The position numbers and the translations under genes are program-made. Below, piece after piece: positions 26,643-37,204 of a DNA stretch of 64,000 nucleotides. Every line of letters begins with the position of its first letter. Position 1 is the stretch's first letter. Source of the DNA: an uncultured virus (IMG/VR IMGVR_UViG_3300030106_006575) (Duplodnaviria; Heunggongvirae; Uroviricota; Caudoviricetes); the IMG/VR virus record IMGVR_UViG_3300030106_006575; one strand, 5' to 3'. The notes below the pieces were generated by a model. The model made no database searches, was not told where the DNA came from, and worked only from the letters and a program-made list of their open reading frames with translations.

Positions 26643-27333
26643 GAATTCTATTCTTAACGCCAGGAAGCAAGAAAAAGAATTTTTGCTTTTTGGTTCGATT
26701 ATGATTTATGTTCAAGATCCTTTAATTAGCGACGAGGTTGATTTTAATAAAATAGTTGATTTTATAGAGAAGCGCCTTACATCGCATCTTTATAATGCAT
26801 CGCATCTTTTCGACGGTATAGACGTAATTTATGTTGGACAATTCGACGAGATAATAGATCGCGAGTTAGAGGCGTTTTATGAAAGCGGAGCGATTTTTAT
26901 AGCAAATACACTGAATAGCAACTTTGATTATGTAGAGAATATTATTCACGAAGTAGCTCACTCTATAGAGGAATCACACGGTCTGCAAATTTACGGAGAC
27001 CACAAGCTTAATAGCGAGTTCTTAGGAAAAAGGAATAGATTATTTTCTATAATCAAGTCTCAAGGCTATGATATCGACGATCTGGAACCACTAAATCCAG
27101 AATATCAAGAAGATATGGATATGTTTTTGTACCAAGATATAGGATACGATAAATTAAATTATTTAATCAATGGATTATTTTTTAATCCATACGCAGTCAC
27201 ATCACTTAGCGAATATTTTGCAAGTGGCTTTGAAAAATATTTATTGGACGCTGAGGGCAGAAGGAGAATTGTAGAGTTCAGCCCACAGCTTGCCAAAAAA
27301 CTAGAGGAGTTAATAAATGGATATCAAAATTGA
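26614..27333 (+). CDS. zincin-like metallopeptidase
   Basis: IIHEVAHSIE and downstream YAVTSLSEYFASGFE. Confidence 0.7.
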   Translation: MDQKIKKIIENSILNARKQEKEFLLFGSIMIYVQDPLISDEVDFNKIVDFIEKRLTSHLYNASHLFDGIDVIYVGQFDEIIDRELEAFYESGAIFIANTLNSNFDYVENIIHEVAHSIEESHGLQIYGDHKLNSEFLGKRNRLFSIIKSQGYDIDDLEPLNPEYQEDMDMFLYQDIGYDKLNYLINGLFFNPYAVTSLSEYFASGFEKYLLDAEGRRRIVEFSPQLAKKLEELINGYQN

Positions 27334-27661
27334 GGAAAAAGGCAATCTTTACACTGTGCAGGTTGAGGTTCCGAACTATAATACAAGAATTAAAAGGAAG
27401 ACTATTGTACACACATCCGAAGTGCGTAGACAAATAGAAAAAAAAGGCTATCAAGTTGGAAAAACAATTGAGGCTTCCTATATTCATAATGCAAATGGTG
27501 TCACTAAAGGAACTTGGGTTTTTGAGAAAAAAAACCTTGACAAGTCCGCAAAAGATGTTATACTAGAAGAGAAAAATATAACTTTAGAAGAACCTGCGCC
27601 AAAATCGCCGCCAAAACGAAAAAGACGCACGTCAACGAAAAAGAAAACTGTCGAGGAATAG
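27317..27661 (+). CDS. hypothetical protein with basic C-terminal tail
   Basis: GAGGAG RBS; abuts the next gene. Confidence 0.7.
   Translation: MDIKIEEKGNLYTVQVEVPNYNTRIKRKTIVHTSEVRRQIEKKGYQVGKTIEASYIHNANGVTKGTWVFEKKNLDKSAKDVILEEKNITLEEPAPKSPPKRKRRTSTKKKTVEE
27537..27564 (+). promoter_or_regulatory. sigma70-type promoter inside a CDS
   Basis: TTGACA-16 nt-TATACT with extended TG; about 100 nt before the nuclease start. Confidence 0.6.
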
Positions 27662-28426
27662 ATGGCACATATTTCCTATTCGGAAATAAAACTTTGGAGC
27701 GAGTGTCCCTATAAACACAAGCTACAATATATTGATAAACTGAGCGGTTTCGAAGGCAATCTACATACTGCCTTTGGGACCGCTATTCATAGTGTTTGTG
27801 AACATGGTCTTTTAGACGAAGATTTGGACAGAGAAAAGCACTTCTTAGCAGCTTTTGAAGGCGAGCTAGAATCCCTTAGAAATAAAAAAATCGATATAGA
27901 CCCCAAGCTGCAAGAACAAATGATGGGGCAGTATCAGCCTATCGTTGCAACATTTAGGGATGAGTTAGACAACTATTTTGAAGATTGTGAAGTTATCTCT
28001 ACCGAGGAGAGGCTTTATGAGGATATTGAAGGGCACGACTTAAAATTCAAGGGCTTTATTGACTTGGTAGTCAAGACACAGGATGGCAAATATCATATTC
28101 TTGATTGGAAGACTTGCTCTTGGGGCTGGGACTCCAGAAAGAAAGCCGACAAGATTATCAACTACCAGCTAACCTTATATAAATACTTTTGGGCTAAAAA
28201 GCACGATATTCCATTAGAAGACGTGGAAACACACTTTGGTCTTCTTAAGAGAACAGCCAAGAAAGGCAATACAGAGATTTTTCGGGTCACAAGCGGACCC
28301 ACAAAAACAAAAAACGCTTTAGCATTTTTAGAAAAGGCAGTGGTTAACATCAAGAAAGGTCTGACTTTGAAAAATAGACTATCTTGCAAATACTGCGATT
28401 TCTATAAAACACAACACTGCACTTAG
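27662..28426 (+). CDS. PD-(D/E)XK nuclease (RecB/Cas4-like, Cys4 cluster)
   Basis: ISYS..ECP, GTAIH, GFIDLV, ILDWKT, QLTLY, CKYCDF....HC. Confidence 0.88.
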   Translation: MAHISYSEIKLWSECPYKHKLQYIDKLSGFEGNLHTAFGTAIHSVCEHGLLDEDLDREKHFLAAFEGELESLRNKKIDIDPKLQEQMMGQYQPIVATFRDELDNYFEDCEVISTEERLYEDIEGHDLKFKGFIDLVVKTQDGKYHILDWKTCSWGWDSRKKADKIINYQLTLYKYFWAKKHDIPLEDVETHFGLLKRTAKKGNTEIFRVTSGPTKTKNALAFLEKAVVNIKKGLTLKNRLSCKYCDFYKTQHCT

Positions 28427-28441
28427 ATTTAAANNNNNNNN

Positions 28442-29701
28442 NNGAGTGATAAAATCAAGGTCCTTGTGATATCGGACCACCCAATGGCGCCATCAGGCGT
28501 CGGCACACAAACAAAGTATATCATTAATGCATTGATTAAAACCGGAAGATACAAGTTTGTATGTCTCGGTGGAGCCATAAAGCACCCTGATTATCAGCCT
28601 CAAAAGGTTGAGGGATTTGGCGACGACTGGGTTATTCAGCCGGTCGATGGCTATGGGACTCCAGAGATGGTCCGATCCATTATTTGGAATGAGAAGCCAG
28701 ACATTCTTTGGTTTATGACGGACCCTCGTTTTTGGGGCTGGTTATGGCAAATTGAAAATGAGATTCGAAAAAATATTCCTATGGTATATTATCACGTCTG
28801 GGATAACTACCCACTGCCAATGTTCAATAAGAAATTTTATGACTCTAATGACGTCATTGCCAGCATCTCAAAGGTTACACACGATATCGTGAATAATGTT
28901 TCGCCAGATGTCGAAAATCATTATGTGCCACACGCTGTCGATCCAGATGTATTTAAGCCCAGGACCGATGAAGAAATTGAGAAGATAAGAGAGACTATGT
29001 TAACAGACAGTTCCAATCGGTTTACTTTCTTCTGGAATAATAGAAACGCTAGAAGAAAACAAAGCGGGACGCTTGTTCACTGGTTTAATGAATTCGCAGA
29101 AGAGGTTGGCCCCGAAAACGTGCAGTTGATTATGCATACAGATCCTAATGATCCCCATGGGCAAGATCTAGTTGCAATTATGAAAAATATAGGAGCGACT
29201 GATAATAGGATTTTGATATCTGATCAGAAAGTTCCGCCGGACGCATTGGCTCAGATGTATAACGTCGCCGACTGCACCATTAATATTTCAGACGCCGAAG
29301 GCTTTGGCTTGGCTACATTGGAGTCATTATCTAGCGGCACTCCGATCATTGTAAACATGACTGGAGGCTTACAAGAACAAGTAACTGACGGCGAAAACTG
29401 GTTTGGTATTGGGCTTGAGCCAGCATCTAAAACCATCATAGGATCCCAGGAGGTACCGTATATCTACGAAGATCGCCTGAATAAAGAAGATTTTTTAAAC
29501 GCATTGAGAAAAATGTATAATATGTCCAAAGAGGAGCGCCAACACCTTGGAGATCTTGGAAGGGAACACATAATCAAGAATTATAATTTTTTAGATTTCG
29601 AGCGCAAGTGGGTTGAGTTAATGGATGATATACACGAGAGATATGGTTCTTGGTCGAACCGCAAAAATTACAAAGCTTGGTCTTTTCAGGAGGTAGCGTG
29701 A
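28442..29701 (+). CDS. GT-B (GT4-like) glycosyltransferase; start falls in the N gap
   Basis: ISDHP..PSGVG, NRNARRK, EGFGLATLESLSSGTPII, TGGLQEQ. Confidence 0.85.
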   Translation, partial: XSDKIKVLVISDHPMAPSGVGTQTKYIINALIKTGRYKFVCLGGAIKHPDYQPQKVEGFGDDWVIQPVDGYGTPEMVRSIIWNEKPDILWFMTDPRFWGWLWQIENEIRKNIPMVYYHVWDNYPLPMFNKKFYDSNDVIASISKVTHDIVNNVSPDVENHYVPHAVDPDVFKPRTDEEIEKIRETMLTDSSNRFTFFWNNRNARRKQSGTLVHWFNEFAEEVGPENVQLIMHTDPNDPHGQDLVAIMKNIGATDNRILISDQKVPPDALAQMYNVADCTINISDAEGFGLATLESLSSGTPIIVNMTGGLQEQVTDGENWFGIGLEPASKTIIGSQEVPYIYEDRLNKEDFLNALRKMYNMSKEERQHLGDLGREHIIKNYNFLDFERKWVELMDDIHERYGSWSNRKNYKAWSFQEVA

Positions 29702-31800
29702 AGTTTAGAATTGTTGTAAGAGGTCCCGTATTATCAATGTCGGGCTATGGTGAACAGAGCAGATTTGCGCTGCGTTCACTTCGCAAGCACGAAGATAAGT
29801 TTGATATACATATCATCCCAATTCCTTGGGGCAATACTAATTGGATCAGTGACGATAATGAAGAACGCAAATGGATGGACCACCACATCCGGAGAACGGC
29901 TCGTTATTTGAATAGCGAGAAAAACCCTCAATTTGACATGTCTCTCCAGATTACTATCCCTAATGAGTGGGAAGATATAGCACAGGTAAACATTGGGTAT
30001 ACAGCTGGAATAGAAACTACTAGAATCGCACCGATCTGGTTTGAGAAAGCAAACATGATGGATAGAATCATTGTTGTATCGAATCACTCAAAGAATGTCT
30101 TCCTTAACTCTGCATATGATGCAGTCAACAAACAGACTGGAGAGAAGAAAGAGCTTAAGCTAGAGACTCCTATAGATGTAGTACCATACCCAGTGAGACA
30201 CTACGAACCAGATGCGTCTTTTGATCTGGACCTTGAATATGATTTCAACTATCTTCTCATGGCTCAGTGGTCGGAGAGGAAAAATATAGAAAACACGATT
30301 AGGTGGTTTATAGAAGAAAACATCGATGAAGAAGTCGGATTAGTTATAAAGACTAATACTCAAGCCAATTGTGCTATTGATAGGGAGACGACTGTCGAGA
30401 AAAGGCTTAAACCACTACTAGAGAAATACCCAGAAAGAAAGTGTAAGATTTATTTGCTCCACGGAGATCTGACGCCAGAGGAGATTACTTCTTTATATCA
30501 ACATCCTAAAATTAAATGTATGGTTTCTTTGACACACGGCGAGGGCTACGGGCTACCACTATTCGAGGCGGCGTATAATGGTCTTCCGATTATAGCTCCC
30601 GGCTGGAGCGGACAATGTGATTTCTTGTACGCGTCAACTCCGGGCCCCGGAGGCGGCAAAACCAAAATGCGCGGATTATTTGCTGAGGTATTGTACGATA
30701 TGCGCCCGGTCCAAAAAGGCGCCCTGTGGCCAGGTGTTATAGAAGAGGGCTCAATGTGGTGTTTCCCACAACCCGGCAGTTATAAGATGCAGCTAAGAAA
30801 AATTCGTAAGAAATATGATAAAGCGTTGCAAACAGCTAAGATTTTGCAAGAGCATATTCTTGAGAATTTTAAGGAAGATGATGTCTATGATCAATTCGTT
30901 GGTTTGGTTGTCGGAGATGCCAAGCTCGATCCTACTGAATATGTGTTTGTGTCTGACATGTTTCATCAACAATATGTTGGCGGCGCCGAACTGAGCTTGA
31001 AGACTTTGATTGAATCTTGCCCGGGCTCCGCAACTCTGGTCAACAGCACTATGGTTAACAAAGAATTCGTCGATTTCTACAAGGATAGCAAATGGATTTT
31101 TGGGAACATAGCCGACCTTAACCCTGATATGACACGATATATTATTGACAGTGGCGTCCAGTATACTTTTATAGAATTTGACTATAAGCTCTGCAAACAT
31201 AGAAATCCTATTCTGCATAACTTTATTGAAGGGACAGAGTGCGACTATAAAGAATCACAGCTGGGTTCGCTAATCCAAGATTTTATTACGGGTTCAAAAA
31301 CGACTTTCTTTATGTCCGAGAAGCAAAAAGAAATATATGAACAAAGCCTGCCAGACGTCTCTGATGCAAATACTCGTATTTTATCTTCGTTATTTGATGA
31401 TGCCTTTTTCGAAAGAATCAGATTGCTAAACGACAAGTATGAGGGGCAACCTCGCGACGATAAGTGGATCGTGTTGGGTTCTCAAAGCTGGGTCAAGGGA
31501 GCGCTCCAATCCGAGACTTGGTGCAAAGAAAACGACCTTCAGCACGAAGTAATTTTTGGAATGGAATATGATCAGTTCCTCAAGCGGCTTGCGCAAGCTA
31601 AGGGTCTGTGTGCAATGCCCGCCGGCTATGATACCTGCCCTAGATTGGCTATTGAAGCAAAATTGCTCGGATGTGACTTACAGACAAATGAATATGTACA
31701 GCACCGTGATGAAGAGTGGTTCAACAAGCCTAGTCCTGAGATTATCAAATATCTAAAAACTAGAAAAGATTATTTTTGGATGCACGCTTTCAATGACTAA
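29698..31800 (+). CDS. two-module GT-B glycosyltransferase
   Basis: SGYG, ERKN, GEGYGLPLFEAA; second module GGAE...KG...DTCPRLAIEAKLLGC. Confidence 0.85.
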   Translation: MKFRIVVRGPVLSMSGYGEQSRFALRSLRKHEDKFDIHIIPIPWGNTNWISDDNEERKWMDHHIRRTARYLNSEKNPQFDMSLQITIPNEWEDIAQVNIGYTAGIETTRIAPIWFEKANMMDRIIVVSNHSKNVFLNSAYDAVNKQTGEKKELKLETPIDVVPYPVRHYEPDASFDLDLEYDFNYLLMAQWSERKNIENTIRWFIEENIDEEVGLVIKTNTQANCAIDRETTVEKRLKPLLEKYPERKCKIYLLHGDLTPEEITSLYQHPKIKCMVSLTHGEGYGLPLFEAAYNGLPIIAPGWSGQCDFLYASTPGPGGGKTKMRGLFAEVLYDMRPVQKGALWPGVIEEGSMWCFPQPGSYKMQLRKIRKKYDKALQTAKILQEHILENFKEDDVYDQFVGLVVGDAKLDPTEYVFVSDMFHQQYVGGAELSLKTLIESCPGSATLVNSTMVNKEFVDFYKDSKWIFGNIADLNPDMTRYIIDSGVQYTFIEFDYKLCKHRNPILHNFIEGTECDYKESQLGSLIQDFITGSKTTFFMSEKQKEIYEQSLPDVSDANTRILSSLFDDAFFERIRLLNDKYEGQPRDDKWIVLGSQSWVKGALQSETWCKENDLQHEVIFGMEYDQFLKRLAQAKGLCAMPAGYDTCPRLAIEAKLLGCDLQTNEYVQHRDEEWFNKPSPEIIKYLKTRKDYFWMHAFND

Positions 31801-32542
31801 TCACTTTACTATTATAATCCCATCGTACAACAACGAACAATGGGTAAAAAAATGTCTTGGTTCTGCTTTGGAGCAAGACTACGACAACTATGATGTGGTA
31901 TATGTTAACGACTGTTCTACCGACAACACATCCCAAGTTGTAAGAAAGGTCATTAAAGACACTGAAACAGAAGCAAACATATGTATACTTAATAACGGCA
32001 CAAATCGCAAAGCATTATATAATTTGTTTCACGAGATCAACAGTGCAAAAAGCGGATCAATCATTATAACTCTTGACGGAGACGATTGGTTCCCGAACGA
32101 TGGCGTTTTGAAGGCTCTTGACGAGGTGTATGATTCTCAAGACGTTTGGATGACCGCCGGCTCCTATATCGATAATGTTTCTGGCATGATAAGTTGCCCA
32201 AGCATTGTTGATCGCTATTGGGTCGGCAACATCCGCATGAAGCCTTGGACAATTTCACATCTCAGGACCTTTCGCAAGGAACTGTTTATGAAGATTAAGT
32301 ACGAAGACCTCATGGATAATGATGATTATTTTTATAAATTTACGTTTGACCAAGCAATGATGTACCCAATGGCCGAGATGTCCGGCCCAGAGCATTTTCG
32401 AGAAATCAAACAAATAATGTATGTTTATAATAGAAGGAACCCAATTTCTGTAGATAGGGTGCATAGGCAAGACCAGCTTAGAATTGAACAGCAAATAAGA
32501 TTTAAAGAGCCGTATGAAAGGCTGGAGAGCTTAAGTGTCTAA
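31793..32542 (+). CDS. GT2 family glycosyltransferase
   Basis: IIIPSYN, VNDCSTD, LDGDD. Confidence 0.9.
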   Translation: MTNHFTIIIPSYNNEQWVKKCLGSALEQDYDNYDVVYVNDCSTDNTSQVVRKVIKDTETEANICILNNGTNRKALYNLFHEINSAKSGSIIITLDGDDWFPNDGVLKALDEVYDSQDVWMTAGSYIDNVSGMISCPSIVDRYWVGNIRMKPWTISHLRTFRKELFMKIKYEDLMDNDDYFYKFTFDQAMMYPMAEMSGPEHFREIKQIMYVYNRRNPISVDRVHRQDQLRIEQQIRFKEPYERLESLSV

Positions 32543-33155
32543 GAATTATTGTATATATGATGGATATGTTTCACGAACGGAATTCGTGACTTGCGAGCAG
32601 ATTGGCCACACCGATCAATTTCAGGACGAAGTATACGCTGCCGCCCGCAAATTGTGTGTGGAACAAGGATACAAAACTATTTTGGATATCGGCTGTGGGT
32701 CTGCTTTTAAGCTTATAAAATATTTTAGAGATAAAAAGTTTGTTGGCTTAGACTTGGAGCCCAACTTATCCCATATCAGAGATAAATACCCTCTGTATGA
32801 TTTTAGGATGTCCGATTTTAATAATCCACCAACAGAAAGCTTTGATTTAATTATCTGTTCCGATGTCATCGAACATTTGCTGGAACCAGATGATTTGTTG
32901 TCGTTTATAAATCAAATAGATTTTAAACATCTTGTCTTGTCAACGCCTGAGAGGAATGTAATCCAAAAATTGCAGAAAAGCTTTGGTTGGGATGTTAAAG
33001 CAGATGGTCCACCGCACAACGTTATGCACGTCAGAGAGTGGTCCTTCTACGAGTTCAGGCAATACATCTCCCAATTATTTGATGTCGAGGAACACTTTAT
33101 GACGCCGAAACAAGTGGAGTGCCAAGTCTTAATAGCCACACCCAAGGATCCTTAA
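32535..33155 (+). CDS. class I SAM-dependent methyltransferase
   Basis: ILDIGCGS, FDLIICSDVIEHL, STP, HVREW. Confidence 0.88.
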   Translation: MSKNYCIYDGYVSRTEFVTCEQIGHTDQFQDEVYAAARKLCVEQGYKTILDIGCGSAFKLIKYFRDKKFVGLDLEPNLSHIRDKYPLYDFRMSDFNNPPTESFDLIICSDVIEHLLEPDDLLSFINQIDFKHLVLSTPERNVIQKLQKSFGWDVKADGPPHNVMHVREWSFYEFRQYISQLFDVEEHFMTPKQVECQVLIATPKDP

Positions 33156-34081
33156 TGAAGATTCTGTTCGACAATGTAAATGTATCTTCCAAATCAGGCC
33201 CAAATCATTTTGGGTCTAAATTAATTAAGTACCTGGGCGCCCAAGGAAACAAATGTATGCTGCCTCCGCAGGAAGGAGCAGATATAAAATTATCATTTAT
33301 CGAGACACGGCAAATGATTAAGACAGAACCAATGGTGCTGAGGCTCGACGGTATCTACTTTGATCCAGATCAGAATTATAATTTACGCAATAGCAACATA
33401 CAGAGATCATATAAGATGGCTGATGGTGTGATATTTCAGTCGATATTCAACCGAGATATCTCATTCAAATATTTTGGAGAACATCCAAATCATACCGTGA
33501 TCAATAATGGCGCCGACACACAGTATATGGATACGGTGCAGCCATTGAGACATCCAATATTGGATGAGTTTGAGACAGTCTGGTGTTGTGCGGCAACTTG
33601 GCGAAGATGGAAGAGATTAAAAGAAAATTTAAAGTATTTTCTAGAGTTCTCGGGACCAAGAGACTGTTTGGTTGTTGCGGGACACGTCGACAAGAAGGAA
33701 ATGGTCAAGCACGATAGAATATTCTTTGTAGGTGATATTGACGTGTCAAATCTATACGGATTATATAAAAGATCGAAATACCTTATTCATTTGGCAAGAT
33801 ACGATTCTTGTCCAAACGTTGTTGTCGATGCTAGAGCGGCTGGATGTCAGGTAATATGCTCTTCTATTGCCGGAACAAAAGAAATAGCCGGCCCTGATGC
33901 GATAGTAATATATGAAGAGCCGTGGGACTATAGTCCAGCTAGTACCACAAAATTACCTGAGATTTCATTTGACAAAGTTGTAGAAAACGGTTATAATACT
34001 AATATTGATATGGCTGACGTGTCGAAGAGATACGAAGAATTTTTAAAGGAGACACTAAATGCTAGTGCAAAAACAGATTGA
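33155..34081 (+). CDS. GT-B (GT4-like) glycosyltransferase
   Basis: SGPNHF, VLRLDG, IFQS, DSCPNVVVDARAAGC. Confidence 0.8.
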   Translation: MKILFDNVNVSSKSGPNHFGSKLIKYLGAQGNKCMLPPQEGADIKLSFIETRQMIKTEPMVLRLDGIYFDPDQNYNLRNSNIQRSYKMADGVIFQSIFNRDISFKYFGEHPNHTVINNGADTQYMDTVQPLRHPILDEFETVWCCAATWRRWKRLKENLKYFLEFSGPRDCLVVAGHVDKKEMVKHDRIFFVGDIDVSNLYGLYKRSKYLIHLARYDSCPNVVVDARAAGCQVICSSIAGTKEIAGPDAIVIYEEPWDYSPASTTKLPEISFDKVVENGYNTNIDMADVSKRYEEFLKETLNASAKTD

Positions 34082-34901
34082 CGATTTTAAGATGAATCTG
34101 AACATCAGCGATGGAGGAATCTCCAGCGTTCTATATTACGAGGGAGGAAGAGAAAAGGCATTTATGTCTTTGCTCAACGAAACGGTCCAAGAGGGTATGA
34201 CCTGCTTGGACTTGGGCGGCAATATTGGCTACACAACTTTACCTATGCTACGAAATGTAGGCTCAGAAGGCTTTGTGTACGCCGTGGAGCCCGATTCACA
34301 GAGCATTGGTATCCTGCGTAAGAATGTGGAAGATAATGGCTACAACGACCGTTGTGAGGTCACACAGTGTGCTATCTCGGGACACGATGGGGTGGTAGAG
34401 TTCTGGGAAGCTTCCAAGCCCAACTTAAGTAGCGTAAAGAGAAACAAGTACAGCACAGTCAAAAAGGAAGTGCCTTGCTTTTCTCTCAATACTTTTTTGC
34501 AACATCGCCAATATCCCAACTTTATCAAAATGGATGTCGAAGGCCACGAAGTTAAAATCTTCGAAGGCGGTCTTGATTATTTTGCCAAGAACGAAGGGCA
34601 TACTAATATTCTTCTTGAGGTTCATCCGAATACCTACGACGAAGACAATGACTTTGAGAAAGTACTTAGAGAATATTTCAAACTAGGCTTTAACAGCCGC
34701 TGGGTTATTGCAACCCCAGTACCTCAGCCAATGCTATTCAAACTAGCCGGCTATGAGCCAAAACGAACCATTCACACGGATGGGTTTCACCGAGGTCTTT
34801 ATGATAACATCAGTAACGATCATCTAGCAAAATTCGCTTGTAGCGAGCACCTCGACTCCGGAAGTAGAAAAATAGTCCGCAGCTTTATGATTTCGAGGTA
34901 A
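34059..34901 (+). CDS. FkbM family methyltransferase
   Basis: LDLGGNIGY, VYAVEP, FIKMDVEGHE. Confidence 0.9.
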   Translation: MLVQKQIDDFKMNLNISDGGISSVLYYEGGREKAFMSLLNETVQEGMTCLDLGGNIGYTTLPMLRNVGSEGFVYAVEPDSQSIGILRKNVEDNGYNDRCEVTQCAISGHDGVVEFWEASKPNLSSVKRNKYSTVKKEVPCFSLNTFLQHRQYPNFIKMDVEGHEVKIFEGGLDYFAKNEGHTNILLEVHPNTYDEDNDFEKVLREYFKLGFNSRWVIATPVPQPMLFKLAGYEPKRTIHTDGFHRGLYDNISNDHLAKFACSEHLDSGSRKIVRSFMISR

Positions 34902-34903
34902 AG

Positions 34904-35578
34904 GTGTATTTCCCAAAAAACTTAGATGACTTTGGGGTCATCCTAAAAGGCGCAAGTGTAGCTAGACTACCGCAAGTATCGGACAGATTCGATCATTGTT
35001 ATATGGTGAACAACTTCGATAGAAACGTGAATAATGAAGACTCGGAATATTCTATTGTCGCTCCGGAGCTAAACGGTAAACAGATAGTTCACTTTGTGAA
35101 CCGATTAAATACAGCGCCGTTGCTACCTGAACATTACAAAGAACTCGACATTCAGAACATACAGTTCACCAAATGCGAGCTAGACCATATGATCTTGGGT
35201 ATGAAGCGCCTCTATGAAAGTTACGGACTGAAGTGCCATATGTTACCAGAAGAACTTCTTGGATACAACGATTTCTTTCAAGGAGTGGGTAATTACGCCA
35301 AAAAACACCCAAATACAGGCGTTTTAGCGATTATTTACGCCGCTCATATGCTAAAACCGAAGAATTTGTGGGTTGTTGGGCTTGACTTCTACCAGAATGA
35401 CTACCTCTTCCGTCGTCCGTGGCAGGCGCCACTAAAGCAACAAAAGGCTAAAATGGACAGAACGAACATGGTCGAACACTTTATCGATGTGGTAAAGCGC
35501 AACCCTGACGTTAATTTTAAGATGATTACGAATGCATCACTGCCAGAAGTGGAGAATCTGGAGATTATTGGTGCATAA
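34904..35578 (+). CDS. putative sialyltransferase-like (GT29/GT42-type fold) protein
   Basis: VILKGAS, VNNF, HPNTGVLAI...VVGLDFY resembling sialylmotif S. Confidence 0.55.
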   Translation: MYFPKNLDDFGVILKGASVARLPQVSDRFDHCYMVNNFDRNVNNEDSEYSIVAPELNGKQIVHFVNRLNTAPLLPEHYKELDIQNIQFTKCELDHMILGMKRLYESYGLKCHMLPEELLGYNDFFQGVGNYAKKHPNTGVLAIIYAAHMLKPKNLWVVGLDFYQNDYLFRRPWQAPLKQQKAKMDRTNMVEHFIDVVKRNPDVNFKMITNASLPEVENLEIIGA

Positions 35579-36521
35579 ACAAATCTTTATATCTGAAGTT
35601 TGGTGGTCAGGAGGTTTTCTAATCGCTGAAATAGCCAAAATGAATGGCTATGATCTTGGCAGAAAAACAAACTCTAGTCACGATAATGTATTTGCTTGGA
35701 AAAACGGACCATTTTATTCTATGGATGGCAACCAAAGCCCGGACAGTCTGCAAGATATTTTAGAAACAAAGTGGCCATTTGATTCGGTTAGTCCCGATGA
35801 CATCACAGCCTTCCAGAATTGTATCTTGGGAGCGAGATCTATCAATAAGCATAGTCATAACTGTTGCAAATTGCCAACTTTGAGTTTAATGGCTCCGATA
35901 GTCAAGCAAGCATTCCCGGACGCTCCGATAATATCAGTGGTTAGGAATGGCATAGATGTATCTTTATATGAATCAGATAACTATTTTTTAAGATTGCTGA
36001 TACAAGACAAAGCCTCTCGACCGCAGACTCCTTATGAAATAAATTTTGTAGATGCGTTGGGGTATCTTTTTACGGCGACTGGAGACTTGCGTTGGAAGAT
36101 CCAGCCAACATCTGAGTTCGGCTGGAATATTCAGTCGAGAACAACGCCTGTTCTGTGGAACTTGCTATACGGTTTGCGCTGGGTTATGATTAATGATAGA
36201 TTAAGAATGGATGTGGAGAACCACGATATAAAAAGCCATCACACTATAAGATTTGAAAGGATTGCAGCTGAGGACAAATATGAGATTGAAAAGCTTCAAT
36301 CTATTTTAAAAATCCCTGGTAAACTTAAGATGCCATCAATAAACAAATCTGAGATTTTTCCATATCGCTCCAAAGTACTACCAATATTCCAAGCAGAACA
36401 GCCGAACGACAATGCCGTTAAATCGCTTAGGATGATCTACAAGATATGCAAACCATATTTGGAATATTTCAAATATTCAGAAACCATTGAACTTTTTGAG
36501 AATTTAGAGGCTATACAATGA
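35571..36521 (+). CDS. sulfotransferase-like protein
   Basis: KLP...FPDAPIISVVRNGIDV..S (3'-PB-like motif), IRFE; 5'-PSB motif degenerate. Confidence 0.55.
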   Translation: MHKQIFISEVWWSGGFLIAEIAKMNGYDLGRKTNSSHDNVFAWKNGPFYSMDGNQSPDSLQDILETKWPFDSVSPDDITAFQNCILGARSINKHSHNCCKLPTLSLMAPIVKQAFPDAPIISVVRNGIDVSLYESDNYFLRLLIQDKASRPQTPYEINFVDALGYLFTATGDLRWKIQPTSEFGWNIQSRTTPVLWNLLYGLRWVMINDRLRMDVENHDIKSHHTIRFERIAAEDKYEIEKLQSILKIPGKLKMPSINKSEIFPYRSKVLPIFQAEQPNDNAVKSLRMIYKICKPYLEYFKYSETIELFENLEAIQ

Positions 36522-37204
36522 AAATTATATCAGAAATAGGAATCAACCATAATGGTGACTTCCGAAAAATAGAAGAGCTAATCAGGCAGTCAGCCATCGG
36601 CGGCGCTGATTATGCAAAGTTTCAACTTTATGATTCTATACGAGTATTTGGAAACGAATCTCGAAAGAAGAATGAGTTTACATTTGAGCAAGTTAAACTA
36701 ATAAAAGATATATGCGATGCTCATAGCATCGAGTTTTTTGCTTCGGTCTTTGACGAAGAGAAGATCGATTGGTGCGAGGAACTTAATGTCAATCTTTATA
36801 AGGTTGCTAGTAGGACAGTCGTTCGAGAGCCTGAGCTATGTGAGAAAATTATAGACACAGGAAAACCCGTATATATTTCCTTGGGAATGTGGGAAGAGGA
36901 ATGGCTACCATTTGAGAACAGCAACGTTGGGTATTTTAATTGCATATCAAAATACCCAACCAGCTTCTTAGACTTTGAAAAGTTTTCTTATGATGATAGG
37001 ATAATCGGCTTCAGCGACCACTCTTATGGGATCGCATATGCATTATACAATATAGCCCACGGCGCGCAAGTTGTGGAGAAACACTTTACTTTAAACAAGG
37101 GAATGGATGGCAACGACCATATCGGATCAATGAATCTTGAAGAGCTTAAGCTGTTAAGAGAATATGGACAACAATTCAGCAATATTACCAAAGGTATCAA
37201 ATGA
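36518..37204 (+). CDS. neuB: N-acetylneuraminate (nonulosonate) synthase family, lacking the C-terminal SAF domain
   Basis: ISEIGINHNG, AKFQ, YKVAS, SKYPT, GFSDHS, VEKHFTL, DH..S. Confidence 0.9.
   Translation: MKIISEIGINHNGDFRKIEELIRQSAIGGADYAKFQLYDSIRVFGNESRKKNEFTFEQVKLIKDICDAHSIEFFASVFDEEKIDWCEELNVNLYKVASRTVVREPELCEKIIDTGKPVYISLGMWEEEWLPFENSNVGYFNCISKYPTSFLDFEKFSYDDRIIGFSDHSYGIAYALYNIAHGAQVVEKHFTLNKGMDGNDHIGSMNLEELKLLREYGQQFSNITKGIK

Noticed and set aside
27662..28426. cas4 of a CRISPR-Cas system
   Set aside because: No other cas genes or array in the window; solo Cas4/RecB-like nucleases are common in phages.
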